From a virus, in IMG/VR virus record IMGVR_UViG_3300029957_000008, positions 27,977 to 91,976 of that record: a stretch of DNA of 64,000 nucleotides, one strand, 5' to 3'. Position 1 is the stretch's first letter. Each line of letters opens with the position of its first letter. A program made the translations under genes and the position numbers. The notes beneath the pieces were generated by a model. That model was not told the DNA's origin, searched no databases, and worked only from the letters and a program-made list of their open reading frames with translations. Below, one piece after another: positions 9,473 to 19,518 of the stretch.

Positions 9473-9812
9473 ACAAATTGCATGTAAGCCCCTTGAGAAC
9501 ACCGCAGTAAAGTCAAAGACAGTTGGCTCGTTGAGAGTGGGTGACTTCGGACATGGTGGAGTTCTTCTTCCACTGACCACGGTTATTGATTTTGAAGGAG
9601 TCATTAATGATCTGTTCCTCTCTATCGATGCCGGAAGTACCGTTTATGTTAAGGCTGACTGTATTCAGCACCCTTGGACCAAGGCGATCTGTACTTGTGG
9701 TGGTGTAGTGGGTGAAGACGGTAAGACCCCAGTTCCATTTATCTTGGTTCCAGGGGAACAAGTTGTTGTGTTGTCCAGCGCTCGCGAAGTAACGCCGAAG
9801 TATCCAGCATGA
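9456..9812 (+). CDS. GroES-like co-chaperonin candidate
   Basis: MRTLNRQIACKP ~ GroES IRPLHDRVIVKR; KSKTVGSLRV ~ mobile loop; IDAGSTVYV ~ VKVGDIVIF; FILVPGEQVVVL ~ C-terminal strand. Confidence 0.55.
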   Translation: MRTLNRQIACKPLENTAVKSKTVGSLRVGDFGHGGVLLPLTTVIDFEGVINDLFLSIDAGSTVYVKADCIQHPWTKAICTCGGVVGEDGKTPVPFILVPGEQVVVLSSAREVTPKYPA

Positions 9813-10798
9813 AAGTCCTTATCGTAGGAGATCCCCACGCCACTCCTCAGGAGCTTGGGGACTGTGAAACCCTTAAGGGGCTGGTGTACAAGTCCATTGA
9901 GGAATACAAGGTAGACACTACTATCATCCTTGGGGACATCTACAACTCCCATTCGGTGGTGAACACTCCTTGCATCCACTTTTGGAAGGAGTTTCTTGCT
10001 GGGCTGCCCAAGTCGATTGTGCTCGTAGGCAATCACGACTGTTTCAGCCCTACGATACAGATGCCCCATGCCTTGATTTGCCACAAGGGCAATCCCGACT
10101 GTACGATTGTGGATAAACCCGTGAAGCTCTTTCCGGGCGTAGCGGCGATGCCATACTATCACGACCCTGTAGAGTTTTTGGCCCAAGCTACGGCCCTTAG
10201 GGCCGAAAGTGGGCCATGTGTGCTGATTTGCCATCAGACATTTGATGGTGCGAAGCTGCAGGAAGGTTTTTATGCTAAGGACGGCGTCAATCCTGTGGCA
10301 GTGCCGTTTGAGAGCATTATTTCTGGGCACATCCACACTCCGATGAAGTTTAGCAAGGTGTTTTACCCAGGAAGTCCAAGGTGGAGGACTCTTTCTGACG
10401 CCAATCAGGAACGATACATCTACGTGGTTGAATTTAGTGAAGCTGGCACTTACAAAGGCATCAAGGCTATTCCCACAACGGGGACATGTAAGAGGATCTA
10501 CCGCTACGTGGACTCCGAGGAAGCTCCGGCCAAGATAGAAGCACCGGCAGAACGGTCGGACGTCAGGGTGGATATCTACGGGCCTCAGGAGTACATCTCA
10601 GGGCGGATGTTGGAATTGAAGGCATCTCACAATGCTAAGTGTCGGTCATTCCCCCTAAGGGCCAAGAAGTCTCAAATTTCTGAGAGTGATGGAATTGCGG
10701 TGTCTTTCAATAAATTCGTTGGTAATTTCGTGCCACCAAATGGCACAGATGTTGCATTGCTTAATAAAGTCGTGGGGGATAGACTGAATGGAATCTGA
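9809..10798 (+). CDS. Mre11/SbcD-like metallophosphoesterase nuclease
   Basis: Motifs GDPH, LGDIY, GNHD, CHQ, SGHIH and YPGSP. Confidence 0.85.
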   Translation: MKVLIVGDPHATPQELGDCETLKGLVYKSIEEYKVDTTIILGDIYNSHSVVNTPCIHFWKEFLAGLPKSIVLVGNHDCFSPTIQMPHALICHKGNPDCTIVDKPVKLFPGVAAMPYYHDPVEFLAQATALRAESGPCVLICHQTFDGAKLQEGFYAKDGVNPVAVPFESIISGHIHTPMKFSKVFYPGSPRWRTLSDANQERYIYVVEFSEAGTYKGIKAIPTTGTCKRIYRYVDSEEAPAKIEAPAERSDVRVDIYGPQEYISGRMLELKASHNAKCRSFPLRAKKSQISESDGIAVSFNKFVGNFVPPNGTDVALLNKVVGDRLNGI

Positions 10799-11240
10799 GA
10801 AACCACACACACCAGAGTGGGTTAACGAACACCCTCTGGAAAGCAAGCTGCTGCAGCTTAGGGACCTTACTAGGCGCTTTGGCACCCTAGACCCGCTACA
10901 GGAGGCTCAATTGCGCCTGTGGCCGTTTGCGGTCGATCCTGAACTCGACAACAACGTGGCGGATATCGATTTTGACACCTACACGGTTTACTACAAGTGG
11001 GTCCGCCCCAAGAAGAAACTCGACAAGAACTACGGCAAGCGACTCCTGGAGCTGGAGGACCAGATTCGATTTCTCCTAGGGGCTAACTGGAAGCTACAAA
11101 TTTTGTGTAACGGCCAGACAATCTTTACTTCAGGTAAAGATGTTGGAAAACCAGAACCCAAGCCAGCAAAAACCGTTAGAAGCAGAAATAGTCAGCGACG
11201 GAAGCCGGCAAGAAATAACCGCGCTAGACGCAAGCGTTAG
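10788..11240 (+). CDS. hypothetical protein with a basic C-terminal tail
   Basis: ORF overlapping both neighbours. Confidence 0.55.
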   Translation: MESEKPHTPEWVNEHPLESKLLQLRDLTRRFGTLDPLQEAQLRLWPFAVDPELDNNVADIDFDTYTVYYKWVRPKKKLDKNYGKRLLELEDQIRFLLGANWKLQILCNGQTIFTSGKDVGKPEPKPAKTVRSRNSQRRKPARNNRARRKR

Positions 11241-11847
11241 TTGGCTCACTGATTCTGAACGCGCAGCACTAGAAGTCTTCAAGAGGAACTTCCGCAAGGG
11301 CGGTCTAGAGAGCTTCCCCCTCGCCCCGCCCACAGCTATCCAGTTTTTTGCTCTGTATCTCCAAGGTAAGACTCTTACCGAAATTGCCGAACTCAATCCT
11401 CAGTACTCATTAGGCACAATCGTCAATTCTGCGGTCTTAGACCGCTGGGATGCAAAGTATCAGGACTACTTAGAGGAGTTGTATTTCAATGCCAAGAACC
11501 GGGTAGTCCAGACTGCAGCAGAGGGAGTAGGCTTTATCTCTGACCTTCTGGCCGTTACCCACATCAAGGACGGCACCAAACTCAAGAAGTACATTCAGAC
11601 CGAAGATCCTGAGTGCTTGAAGGGTAGCAACTTTGAAATAGCTTCCTTGCGCCAGTACAAAGAGGCCGTGGAAGTGCTTATGAAGCTAACCGGCCAAGAC
11701 AACATCAAGAAGATTCAGGTTTCTGATGTAACTGAGCCAAAACAGCAACTAGAGCCGGAAAAGAAGCCAGAACCTGCGAAGCTGCCTTCTTTGGGGGATC
11801 TGGTAGCTACTCGAAGGAACAAGATCCAGCAGGGTAAGGCGGAGTAA
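11140..11847 (+). CDS. terminase small subunit candidate
   Basis: HTH-like LYLQGKTLTEIAELNP...RW; TAATG-coupled to the large terminase; preceded by CAATCTTTA. Confidence 0.5.
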   Translation: MLENQNPSQQKPLEAEIVSDGSRQEITALDASVSWLTDSERAALEVFKRNFRKGGLESFPLAPPTAIQFFALYLQGKTLTEIAELNPQYSLGTIVNSAVLDRWDAKYQDYLEELYFNAKNRVVQTAAEGVGFISDLLAVTHIKDGTKLKKYIQTEDPECLKGSNFEIASLRQYKEAVEVLMKLTGQDNIKKIQVSDVTEPKQQLEPEKKPEPAKLPSLGDLVATRRNKIQQGKAE

Positions 11848-13889
11848 TGCCAATTACCTTTTCCGCTCAGGAAGAGCATCTACGGCGACTACTCTTTAGT
11901 CCTTGTAAGACCAGAGAGGAATGCCACCAGTGGGTTGAGTTCTTTCTAGACCTAGACCTTCCGGGGTGCATTGTTGACGAAGCCTCCAACTGCACACCCC
12001 TAGACATGGTTTGGGAGTGCTATTCCCACCAGGTCCACGGGCCTGAGAATGAGGACGTTTCCAGGATTCTGTACTACTCCTGTCGAGAAGGAGGCAAGTC
12101 CCTTGATGAATCAGTCATTGAGGTAATGCTCCTATTTCACGCAAGAAACAACATCTTCCACCTTGCGGCTATTAGAGAGCAGTCGGCTACCGTCCAGGGG
12201 TATATCAAAAAGTTCCTCAGTCGGCCACTCCTGAGGCCGTTCGTGGGTGGTGACAGTAGGGCTCTTACCGGCTTATTTTTCTATGTTCCTGTGGATGGGG
12301 TAGGGGTTTACCTGTCAGATGCTGAATGGCGAACTTTACCGCCAGAAGAGCAGGAAAAGTATCTGGCGGTAAACAACAACGTCGAAGTCCTTGTGGCAAC
12401 TGTTCAGTCGTGTAACTCAAAGCACGGCATGTTGGTCTTGGACGAGATCGACGTTATGTTGGGGGACGAGTCTAGGGCCGCTTATAGGCAGTCAAAGTTC
12501 ATTCCCTCAGAGTCCTATGCCGCAAATGGCGAACGCAGACTTCCCTTAACGGTGTTGACATCGACCAGGAAGACCGCGTTCGGTTTGGTTCAGGATGAGA
12601 TCAATGAGTCGGCCAGAACCGGATTGGTAATCCGCCACTGGAACATCCTCGACGTCACCCAGGCATGTCCTACCACCAGACATCAACCTGAAAAAGAGAA
12701 GGTAACGATCTACTCTTCGGATGAACTCCTCGCCACCAAAACGACAGAAGAGTACTTGAAGCTTCCTGTAATTGAGCAGTCAAAGTATGAGAAGCACGAG
12801 AATTGTCACAACGGCTGCCTGAATCGCTGCAAACTCTTCTTCGCCTGCAAAGGTCGGCTTGTTGATAAACAGACCTGCACATCCCCGTTTTTGAAGTCGA
12901 TTACGCACGTTCAGAACCAGTTTCGGAACGCGACAGTTGAAATGTCGACGTCCGAGCTGCTTTGTAAACACCCCTCAACGACGGGTTTGGTCTACCCAAG
13001 GTTCGCCCCTGAGAAGCACGTCATCAGGCCGGCAGAAGCCTATAAGAAGATCATGGGTGAGTATCCGCCCAACCTCAACATGACCAAGGCTGAGCTAGTT
13101 TCCTTCGTCAAAACAAGAGACGTCCCTTGGTATGGTGGCATGGACTTCGGTTACTCCCACAACTTCGCCTATGTTCAAGGTTTCAAGGATGTCTCCAAGC
13201 TCTTCGTCACTCACGCCCTAGCAATGCCCGAACTGGAGACGGACCAGAAGCTAGAAGCCATGGCTCCCTACAAGGGCTACTTCCCCGCCATCTATCCCGA
13301 CCCCGAAGATCCAGGAACCATCCGAATCCTTAAAAATAAGGGTTACCGGATGATCAAGTGGACTAAGGGCAGGGGGTCGGTTGTAGGAGGTATTGCCACA
13401 GTGCAAATGAAGCTCACTCCTCCATTGGGCGCCGAACCTGAACTGTACTTCGTCCATGATATCCTAGACGACCCAGGAATGGACATCTTACTAAAGCACC
13501 TTCAGGAGCACCACTGGAAGCTAGATGCAGGCCACAAGCCCACCGATCTAATCTCTGACGACAACAAGGACTTACCAGACGCACTAAGGTACATGGTTAT
13601 GGGAGTCTTCCCCTACAAGGGTAGGACAACCGTCGTCCAGGGCCATGATGGCCCCCAAAGTAGACCAACAGATGTGGATGGCCAGGTCCAGTACAGCGTA
13701 GACAACTGGATGTCTCAAAAGATAGCCGAGATCACAGGCCAGGAGATGCCCCCAACCCCTCAGTCCAGGCAGATTAAAATCCAGTCCTTGGACGGGAAAA
13801 CATTGAGTTTTGACTATAAAGATACTGAGGAACCAGAGCAGGATGATGACCTTCAGACCAGCTCCGGAATCATCTTCGAACTTGGGTAA
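11847..13889 (+). CDS. terL: terminase large subunit
   Basis: Walker A SCREGGKS, Walker B LVLDEID, nuclease motifs GMDFGYSH and DLPDALRY; Cys-rich insert. Confidence 0.9.
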   Translation: MPITFSAQEEHLRRLLFSPCKTREECHQWVEFFLDLDLPGCIVDEASNCTPLDMVWECYSHQVHGPENEDVSRILYYSCREGGKSLDESVIEVMLLFHARNNIFHLAAIREQSATVQGYIKKFLSRPLLRPFVGGDSRALTGLFFYVPVDGVGVYLSDAEWRTLPPEEQEKYLAVNNNVEVLVATVQSCNSKHGMLVLDEIDVMLGDESRAAYRQSKFIPSESYAANGERRLPLTVLTSTRKTAFGLVQDEINESARTGLVIRHWNILDVTQACPTTRHQPEKEKVTIYSSDELLATKTTEEYLKLPVIEQSKYEKHENCHNGCLNRCKLFFACKGRLVDKQTCTSPFLKSITHVQNQFRNATVEMSTSELLCKHPSTTGLVYPRFAPEKHVIRPAEAYKKIMGEYPPNLNMTKAELVSFVKTRDVPWYGGMDFGYSHNFAYVQGFKDVSKLFVTHALAMPELETDQKLEAMAPYKGYFPAIYPDPEDPGTIRILKNKGYRMIKWTKGRGSVVGGIATVQMKLTPPLGAEPELYFVHDILDDPGMDILLKHLQEHHWKLDAGHKPTDLISDDNKDLPDALRYMVMGVFPYKGRTTVVQGHDGPQSRPTDVDGQVQYSVDNWMSQKIAEITGQEMPPTPQSRQIKIQSLDGKTLSFDYKDTEEPEQDDDLQTSSGIIFELG

Positions 13890-13909
13890 CGAGCAATCTT
13901 TTAGGAGAA

Positions 13910-14884
13910 ATGCCTACTCTTAGTGTCTTCAAAAAGATCATTGCCTTTGACGATCAAAACCAGACAGCCGCACCCAAACTGGTAGCTGTTAACTGGACTC
14001 GGGATACCATTGTGGGGATTCCGGTAGAGGCTCCTTCAAACGATAGGTTCGTTTTGCCGTCGTTTGCGTCGAAGAACGTTTTCGACGGCACTGTGGCCCT
14101 TGCCTATGACAACACCACTCAGTTTTCTGTTTCTCTGTCAAACCTGTCCCCCAGCCGCTATAGGCTAGCTTGGGTAGGAGGAGCTGACCCACAGTTCCGC
14201 ACAAGTAGGGCCCTGTCGTTGTCGGGTGGAAGCTTGACGGTGGTTATTCAAGGCAATCAGACTGCTACAGTTACCCACAGTGCTGGATCGGTCTTTGGTA
14301 ACATCCAGGTTGGCGACGATGTTTTCATTCCAGGAGCCACAACGGGTGATACCAGCCTCTTTTCTCCAATGAATGAAGGTCACTGGGTCGTTTTGGCCGC
14401 ATCGGCCACTCAACTGACCCTGGTAAGAGAAACTGGCTCGGTTTTCTCCGGTGTCTCTGAAACAGAGGCCGTAACGGCCAATACCCAGTTCCTGGCGTAC
14501 TCGTCTGATGGTGTTCAGATTGACAATGTGGTTGGCTTTGTCTCTGGGTTTGCAATGAGTCTGCTCCACAACTATGAAATTGTAGAGGTGACGTCAAGCT
14601 TTATTGAGTTCCAATCCTCAGCACCCCTTCCTACGACAGTTTCAGTCGTTCCTGGTGCAGGCAGCTTGGTTGTATATGCTTCCGCGAAACAATACGTTTA
14701 CATTGAGTCAGACCAAGAAGTTTCAATCTCCCTGAACGGCCTTAGTTCGGGCGTAATCGTCCCGTTCCAGGCCGGCAACAGGGACTACCCAGGGCTCTAT
14801 GAGATTACAAGTGTTGTCTACTCATTGACCGTTACTAACAACTCGACCCAACAGGCCTCAGTTCGGGTTATTTCGGCAGAGTAA
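13910..14884 (+). CDS. virion structural protein (beta-rich)
   Basis: Ser/Thr/Val/Gly-rich; lies between terL and portal; AGGAG RBS and late motif. Confidence 0.6.
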   Translation: MPTLSVFKKIIAFDDQNQTAAPKLVAVNWTRDTIVGIPVEAPSNDRFVLPSFASKNVFDGTVALAYDNTTQFSVSLSNLSPSRYRLAWVGGADPQFRTSRALSLSGGSLTVVIQGNQTATVTHSAGSVFGNIQVGDDVFIPGATTGDTSLFSPMNEGHWVVLAASATQLTLVRETGSVFSGVSETEAVTANTQFLAYSSDGVQIDNVVGFVSGFAMSLLHNYEIVEVTSSFIEFQSSAPLPTTVSVVPGAGSLVVYASAKQYVYIESDQEVSISLNGLSSGVIVPFQAGNRDYPGLYEITSVVYSLTVTNNSTQQASVRVISAE

Positions 14885-14887
14885 CTT

Positions 14888-16885
14888 ATGATCAAAAAGA
14901 AAGCTAAGAGCGACGGGGTTGTTTGGGGAGAGACGCCAGAAGAGGCGGCACTTCTAAAGTCCTCCGTTAATGTCAGGACCACAAACAGTCTTACCAAGTC
15001 AATCCTGAACGTTCTAGATGGACCTAATCAGGAAGTTGAGCGGTTAGCTTTCGAAGTAGATCCTACGCGGGTCAATTCGTACGCCAACGTCTACAAGCCT
15101 AAGGCGAGACTACTCCCCGATTCAATCCTGAAGCGAATTGCAATTCAGGACTCCCTTGTTTCGAACATTGTAAGGGCCAGGCAAAATCACGTCTCCATCT
15201 TCGGCCATCCACGGCCGGATCGGTTTAGCTGTGGGTTCGTCATTAGACCAGACACAGGCGTACTTGACTCCCTGAAGGAGCAAGAGAAGCAAGAACTGAA
15301 TGGTAGGATTCAGGTTGCAGTAAAACTTCTGAATACCTGTGGTCATACTGAAGAGGCCAAAGACTATTGTCAAGCTAGCTTTTCGGAATACCTGTCGGTT
15401 TCGGCCAGAGACGCAGTCACTGTTGGCCGTATTGCGACAGAAATTGTGTACAAGACGGACTTAAAGACTGATGAGAAGAAGTTCGTCTACTTTGTGGCTA
15501 CTGATGCCGGTACGATCTACCAGGCAGTTCCTGAGGACAACGCTGCGAAACAGAGCATTCGTGAGCAGGCCTATGACCTGATTGTAAAGGTCACTGGCAA
15601 GAAACAAGTAAGAGAACCTAGAGGGATTCCCCAGCGTTACGACTGGGTGCAGGTTATTGAGGGGACACCCAAGCAGGTCTTCACTTCTGAGGAAATGAAG
15701 TGTCGGAACTTCTACCCGACAAACAACTACGAGTTAGATGGATATCCCGTCACGCCAATTGATACGGTGATGTCAGCCATCACTACGCACATCAACATCA
15801 CGACCCACAACAAGATGTACTTCCAGTCTGGCCGCGCAGCCAGAGGTATGCTTGTCATCAAGTCGGATGATACGAATCCTACTGTAATCCATAACATTAA
15901 GCAGCAGTTCGCCGCGAACATCAATGGAAGTCAGGCAGCTTTCCGAATGCCTATTTTCGGTATCTCCACTGATGCTGATATCAATTGGCAGCCGATGGAT
16001 ACGTCCGGCAGCCGGGACATGGAGTTCCAGTACCTGACTGACTTGAACGCCCGTGAAATTCTCACCGCGTTCATGATGTCTCCCGATGAACTTCCCGGCT
16101 GGTCGTTCTTGAGCCGTGGTACGTCTTCGCAGGCACTCTCGGAGTCCAACAAGGAGTTCCAACTAACAGCCGCTCGCGACGTGGGCATACGCCCCTTATT
16201 GAGCGGGTTTGAAGACTTCATCAACAAGGAAATCTTCCCTCTAATTGATCCTTATCTAGCTAAAATTTGTCGTGTTCAGTTCTTAGGACTAGACGCTGAC
16301 ACACCTGAGAAGGAAATTGTAAACATCCAGCAGAACTCTCAAGTCTGGATGACCTACAACAACATCCTTGAGCGAGTTGAGCAGCCTCTTCTAGACAAAC
16401 GTTGGTGTTCAGAGATTCCGCTCAACCCTGTCTACAAGGGCTACCTAGATAGCTACTTAATGGTCGGTGAGATCATGGAGAAGTTCATGGGTATTGAGGG
16501 AGCGGCCAAGGATCCTCGGTTCCAGTACTTCAGGGATCCTCTCTATTTTCAGTTCCTTCACTTTCAGCAACAACAGCAGCAAATGGCCATGCAACAGCAA
16601 CAGATGCAGCAGCAAGCCCAGCAGCCGCAGCAACAGCCCCAAGATCCAAATGTCCAACAACCTGCTGACCAAAGCAATCAGGGGCCTGAGGACCTAGCTA
16701 GGGGGGTGGACCAAGCCTACGAGCTAATGACCAAGTCTGAGGATAACCTCTCACCTGAGAAGCGTCGGATCCTACATACGCAGAATAAAGCAATGAAATT
16801 TATGATGCAGGGCTTTGAGGACGATGTCAAGGACGCCATCAAGGAAGTCCTGGAAGTTACTAAAAACATAAAACCGAGGAAGTAA
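14888..16885 (+). CDS. portal protein
   Basis: GYPVTPID, YFQSGRAARGML, RDMEF and RDVGIRPLLSGFEDFIN resemble Twort/HK97-type portals; poly-Q near the C-terminus. Confidence 0.9.
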   Translation: MIKKKAKSDGVVWGETPEEAALLKSSVNVRTTNSLTKSILNVLDGPNQEVERLAFEVDPTRVNSYANVYKPKARLLPDSILKRIAIQDSLVSNIVRARQNHVSIFGHPRPDRFSCGFVIRPDTGVLDSLKEQEKQELNGRIQVAVKLLNTCGHTEEAKDYCQASFSEYLSVSARDAVTVGRIATEIVYKTDLKTDEKKFVYFVATDAGTIYQAVPEDNAAKQSIREQAYDLIVKVTGKKQVREPRGIPQRYDWVQVIEGTPKQVFTSEEMKCRNFYPTNNYELDGYPVTPIDTVMSAITTHINITTHNKMYFQSGRAARGMLVIKSDDTNPTVIHNIKQQFAANINGSQAAFRMPIFGISTDADINWQPMDTSGSRDMEFQYLTDLNAREILTAFMMSPDELPGWSFLSRGTSSQALSESNKEFQLTAARDVGIRPLLSGFEDFINKEIFPLIDPYLAKICRVQFLGLDADTPEKEIVNIQQNSQVWMTYNNILERVEQPLLDKRWCSEIPLNPVYKGYLDSYLMVGEIMEKFMGIEGAAKDPRFQYFRDPLYFQFLHFQQQQQQMAMQQQQMQQQAQQPQQQPQDPNVQQPADQSNQGPEDLARGVDQAYELMTKSEDNLSPEKRRILHTQNKAMKFMMQGFEDDVKDAIKEVLEVTKNIKPRK

Positions 16886-17668
16886 TTGAGATACTTCATA
16901 CCAAAAAGCGGCGTGAAAGCCATTGATGCGGCCATTGAGGCTTTGTTCAACCGAATGAAGCTTAGGTTCCTTGGAAAGAACTTCGAACCTAAGCAGATTC
17001 GTTTCAGCGTGAAACCCGATAAGGCGGTGGACTACAGGGAAGACCTGGCACTGCCTAGCATCTTCGACAAGGCTGCCAGAAGCGAGGGGATGAAGCCTAA
17101 CGAGCCCCTTAAGCAGTCGGTCACAGAAATCATAGAGCAATACCTAGATGCTCATCAAGAGTCCGCTAAGGCCAAGATTCGCTCTACCGTGCAAACATTT
17201 TTGAGCGAGGCGGAGGCCGGTACGGAAGGTGGGGTCGAGAAGGTTCTTAAAGAAGAACTTTCGAACGTCATGGAGAAAGTAACGTCTGGCGTACAAAACG
17301 TGGTGGATAACGAAATGGGAAGAGCAAAGAACTTAAGCACCCTAGATGCAATTACGAAAATCAACGCATTCTCCAACATTTCCGATCCAACGGTGGTGTT
17401 CATTGGCCCGAACGATCAACACACCTGTAAGGACTGCCAGAGATTGTTCTACCTAGAAGACGGGATCACGCCAAGAGCGTGGAAAGTCTCAGAACTCAAG
17501 ATGGGGCTTGGAAAACACGGTGACACTTCTCCTTGTGCGGGCGGTCAGCATCCTCACTGTCGTCATTCATATGGCACAATGATGCCAGGTTTTGGTTTTA
17601 CATCGGGCGGCAAGATAACCTATATCGAGCCGGGGTTTGATATTTGGAAATTCCAGCATGGTGGTTGA
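16886..17668 (+). CDS. MuF/SPP1 gp7-like head morphogenesis protein
   Basis: TCKDC...HPHCRH motif; directly after the portal. Confidence 0.75.
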   Translation: MRYFIPKSGVKAIDAAIEALFNRMKLRFLGKNFEPKQIRFSVKPDKAVDYREDLALPSIFDKAARSEGMKPNEPLKQSVTEIIEQYLDAHQESAKAKIRSTVQTFLSEAEAGTEGGVEKVLKEELSNVMEKVTSGVQNVVDNEMGRAKNLSTLDAITKINAFSNISDPTVVFIGPNDQHTCKDCQRLFYLEDGITPRAWKVSELKMGLGKHGDTSPCAGGQHPHCRHSYGTMMPGFGFTSGGKITYIEPGFDIWKFQHGG

Positions 17669-18383
17669 CAATTTGAGTGACACGATAGATAAGACAACAG
17701 GGAAAACATGCGGAGGCTGTAACAGGGTTCTTCCTTTAGACTCATTTGGTAAACATTCGGCCGTCAAAAGCGGAAAAAGATCGCGATGTAAAGAATGTCG
17801 CCACGAAGAGGGTGTTAGATATAGAAAACAGAATCCGAATAATGGCCGAAACTACTACAAGAACAACAGAGAGAAACAAAGGGAATACGGTAGGAGATAT
17901 TATCAAGAAAACCGCGACTACCTTAAGAGTAAAACCAAGGCGTATAGACGAGACAATAAGGAAAAGCGAAACGCCAAAGAAAACGAGCGTTTTGCAACGG
18001 ACTTGCAGTACAGGCTGACTAAGAATATCCGAACCCGCCTGCGTAAATGCGTTAAACGTGGTTTTAAGGCTGGATCCTCAAGTGAGATGGGATGTACCGG
18101 CTTGGAATTTAAAGAATACATAGAGTCTCTGTTTTGGCCGAATATGACTTGGGATAATTACGGCAAGGAGTGGGAGCTTGACCACGTAAGTCCTTTATCA
18201 AAATCCGATCTTTGTAGCAGGGACAGCTTCCTTGCAGCAAATCACTTTACGAATGTCCAACCTTTGTGGAAGGACGATAACGAAAACAAGCTAGATCGTT
18301 TGGATTGGAGTCCTACTGAATCGGTCCACGAATTTCCTGAAAGACTGCGATATCTAATTATTCCCCAAGCAGCTAATGGTTGA
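17637..18383 (+). CDS. HNH-type homing endonuclease with an N-terminal Zn finger
   Basis: CGGC...CKEC; MTWDNYGKEWELDHVSPLS...HFTNVQPLWKDDN. Confidence 0.8.
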   Translation: MIFGNSSMVVDNLSDTIDKTTGKTCGGCNRVLPLDSFGKHSAVKSGKRSRCKECRHEEGVRYRKQNPNNGRNYYKNNREKQREYGRRYYQENRDYLKSKTKAYRRDNKEKRNAKENERFATDLQYRLTKNIRTRLRKCVKRGFKAGSSSEMGCTGLEFKEYIESLFWPNMTWDNYGKEWELDHVSPLSKSDLCSRDSFLAANHFTNVQPLWKDDNENKLDRLDWSPTESVHEFPERLRYLIIPQAANG

Positions 18384-18644
18384 GATCCAGGTTACGGGAC
18401 TGCTAAAGAAAGTTTCATACATGTATTCGTCGTCTCTCCAGCGAAGAGTTTCTTTTAGGCTTGACATATCCACGATAGTCCCTGGAGTGAGATCTTCCGC
18501 ACACTCATCAAGTGCCTGCCACAAGCTTTCTGAGTATCCGAGCGGGATCACCCGGTCTTCAATTTGCTTCGTGACTTTGACACCCTCTATGCTGTTTTCG
18601 AACGTGTACTTTTTCATTGTCATCCTATTTGGATCGAATCCCAC
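18354..18644 (-). CDS. hypothetical protein
   Basis: Last gene of the minus-strand island. Confidence 0.55.
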   Translation of the reverse strand: MGFDPNRMTMKKYTFENSIEGVKVTKQIEDRVIPLGYSESLWQALDECAEDLTPGTIVDMSSLKETLRWRDDEYMYETFFSSPVTWISTISCLGNN

Positions 18645-18994
18645 CCGGTGTTGGTCGAGTAAAACACTGTGTTAATAATCCCACTGGCCATAATGGCCGC
18701 CAAGCATTTTTCGCAAGGCTTGGAGAGTACAACCTCTCCTCTTGGAGAAACTCTAGCTACGTATAGGTTAACTGGTTTCTTGGTAGAAAGCAAGCGGGAC
18801 TTTGATTGAAGTTGTTTGATCGTTGCAATTTCGGCATGGGTGTTCATGCTGGCGTCAGGAGTGCAACTCTTACTAATGTTGGGTTTCTTAGTAAGAATCC
18901 TACCCCCACATTCCGTAACCGCACCGTGCCTAAAATGGGGGTACTTACTTCCCTTGGCGGTTTTAATGGCATATTGCGCTACCCAAGATTTCAT
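18620..18994 (-). CDS. Zn-dependent cytidine/dCMP deaminase-fold protein
   Basis: HGAV, HAE and SKPCEKC motifs. Confidence 0.8.
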   Translation of the reverse strand: MKSWVAQYAIKTAKGSKYPHFRHGAVTECGGRILTKKPNISKSCTPDASMNTHAEIATIKQLQSKSRLLSTKKPVNLYVARVSPRGEVVLSKPCEKCLAAIMASGIINTVFYSTNTGWDSIQIG

Positions 18995-19001
18995 TAGTTA
19001 C

Positions 19002-19030
19002 TTTGTATCGTATATTATATGGTCTGTCAA
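19002..19030 (-). promoter_or_regulatory. sigma70-type promoter, probably leaderless transcript
   Basis: TTGACA-N17-TACAAA; ATG 7 nt downstream with no SD. Confidence 0.6.
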
Positions 19031-19038
19031 CAAAAACG

Positions 19039-19506
19039 TTACTTACCAGTACTTCCAAAACCACCAGCACCCCGTTCGGTACTAGAAAGCTCCTCAACTT
19101 CCAAGATTACCGCCTGAACGACTGGAGTAATAACTAGCTGGGCGATTCGTTCACCCGGCTTCAAGTCGATACAATTATTAATCGTGCTGGCCAGGATTAC
19201 CTTGACTTCACCTCGGTAGTCACAGTCAATCGTACCAGGGCTGTTTAGGACCATTACGCCCATACATGCGAAGCTGCTTCTTGGGCGGATTTGGCCCTCG
19301 TAGCCATCAGGGATTTCAATAGCAAGCCCTGTGGACACCAGGTACGGCTCGTCCTTAATAAGATGTAGGGGGGCGTCGCCACAATAAGCCAAGTCCATGC
19401 CGGCCGCACCGGCCGTTTTGTATTGGGGAATAGTAGCGTTAGGGTTTAGCTTCTTAAAACGGATAGCGGGTTGCTGGGGGGATTTGAATTTGAAGGTAGG
19501 TTTCAT
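19039..19506 (-). CDS. dut: trimeric dUTPase
   Basis: AGMDL, RSS, GTIDCDYRGEV, RIAQL and RGAGGFGSTG. Confidence 0.95.
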   Translation of the reverse strand: MKPTFKFKSPQQPAIRFKKLNPNATIPQYKTAGAAGMDLAYCGDAPLHLIKDEPYLVSTGLAIEIPDGYEGQIRPRSSFACMGVMVLNSPGTIDCDYRGEVKVILASTINNCIDLKPGERIAQLVITPVVQAVILEVEELSSTERGAGGFGSTGK

Positions 19507-19518
19507 TTGTTTCCTGTA

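Noticed and set aside
12660-12900. Intein in the terminase
   Set aside because: The Cys-rich insert lacks intein splice-junction and LAGLIDADG motifs; a Zn-binding insertion is more likely.
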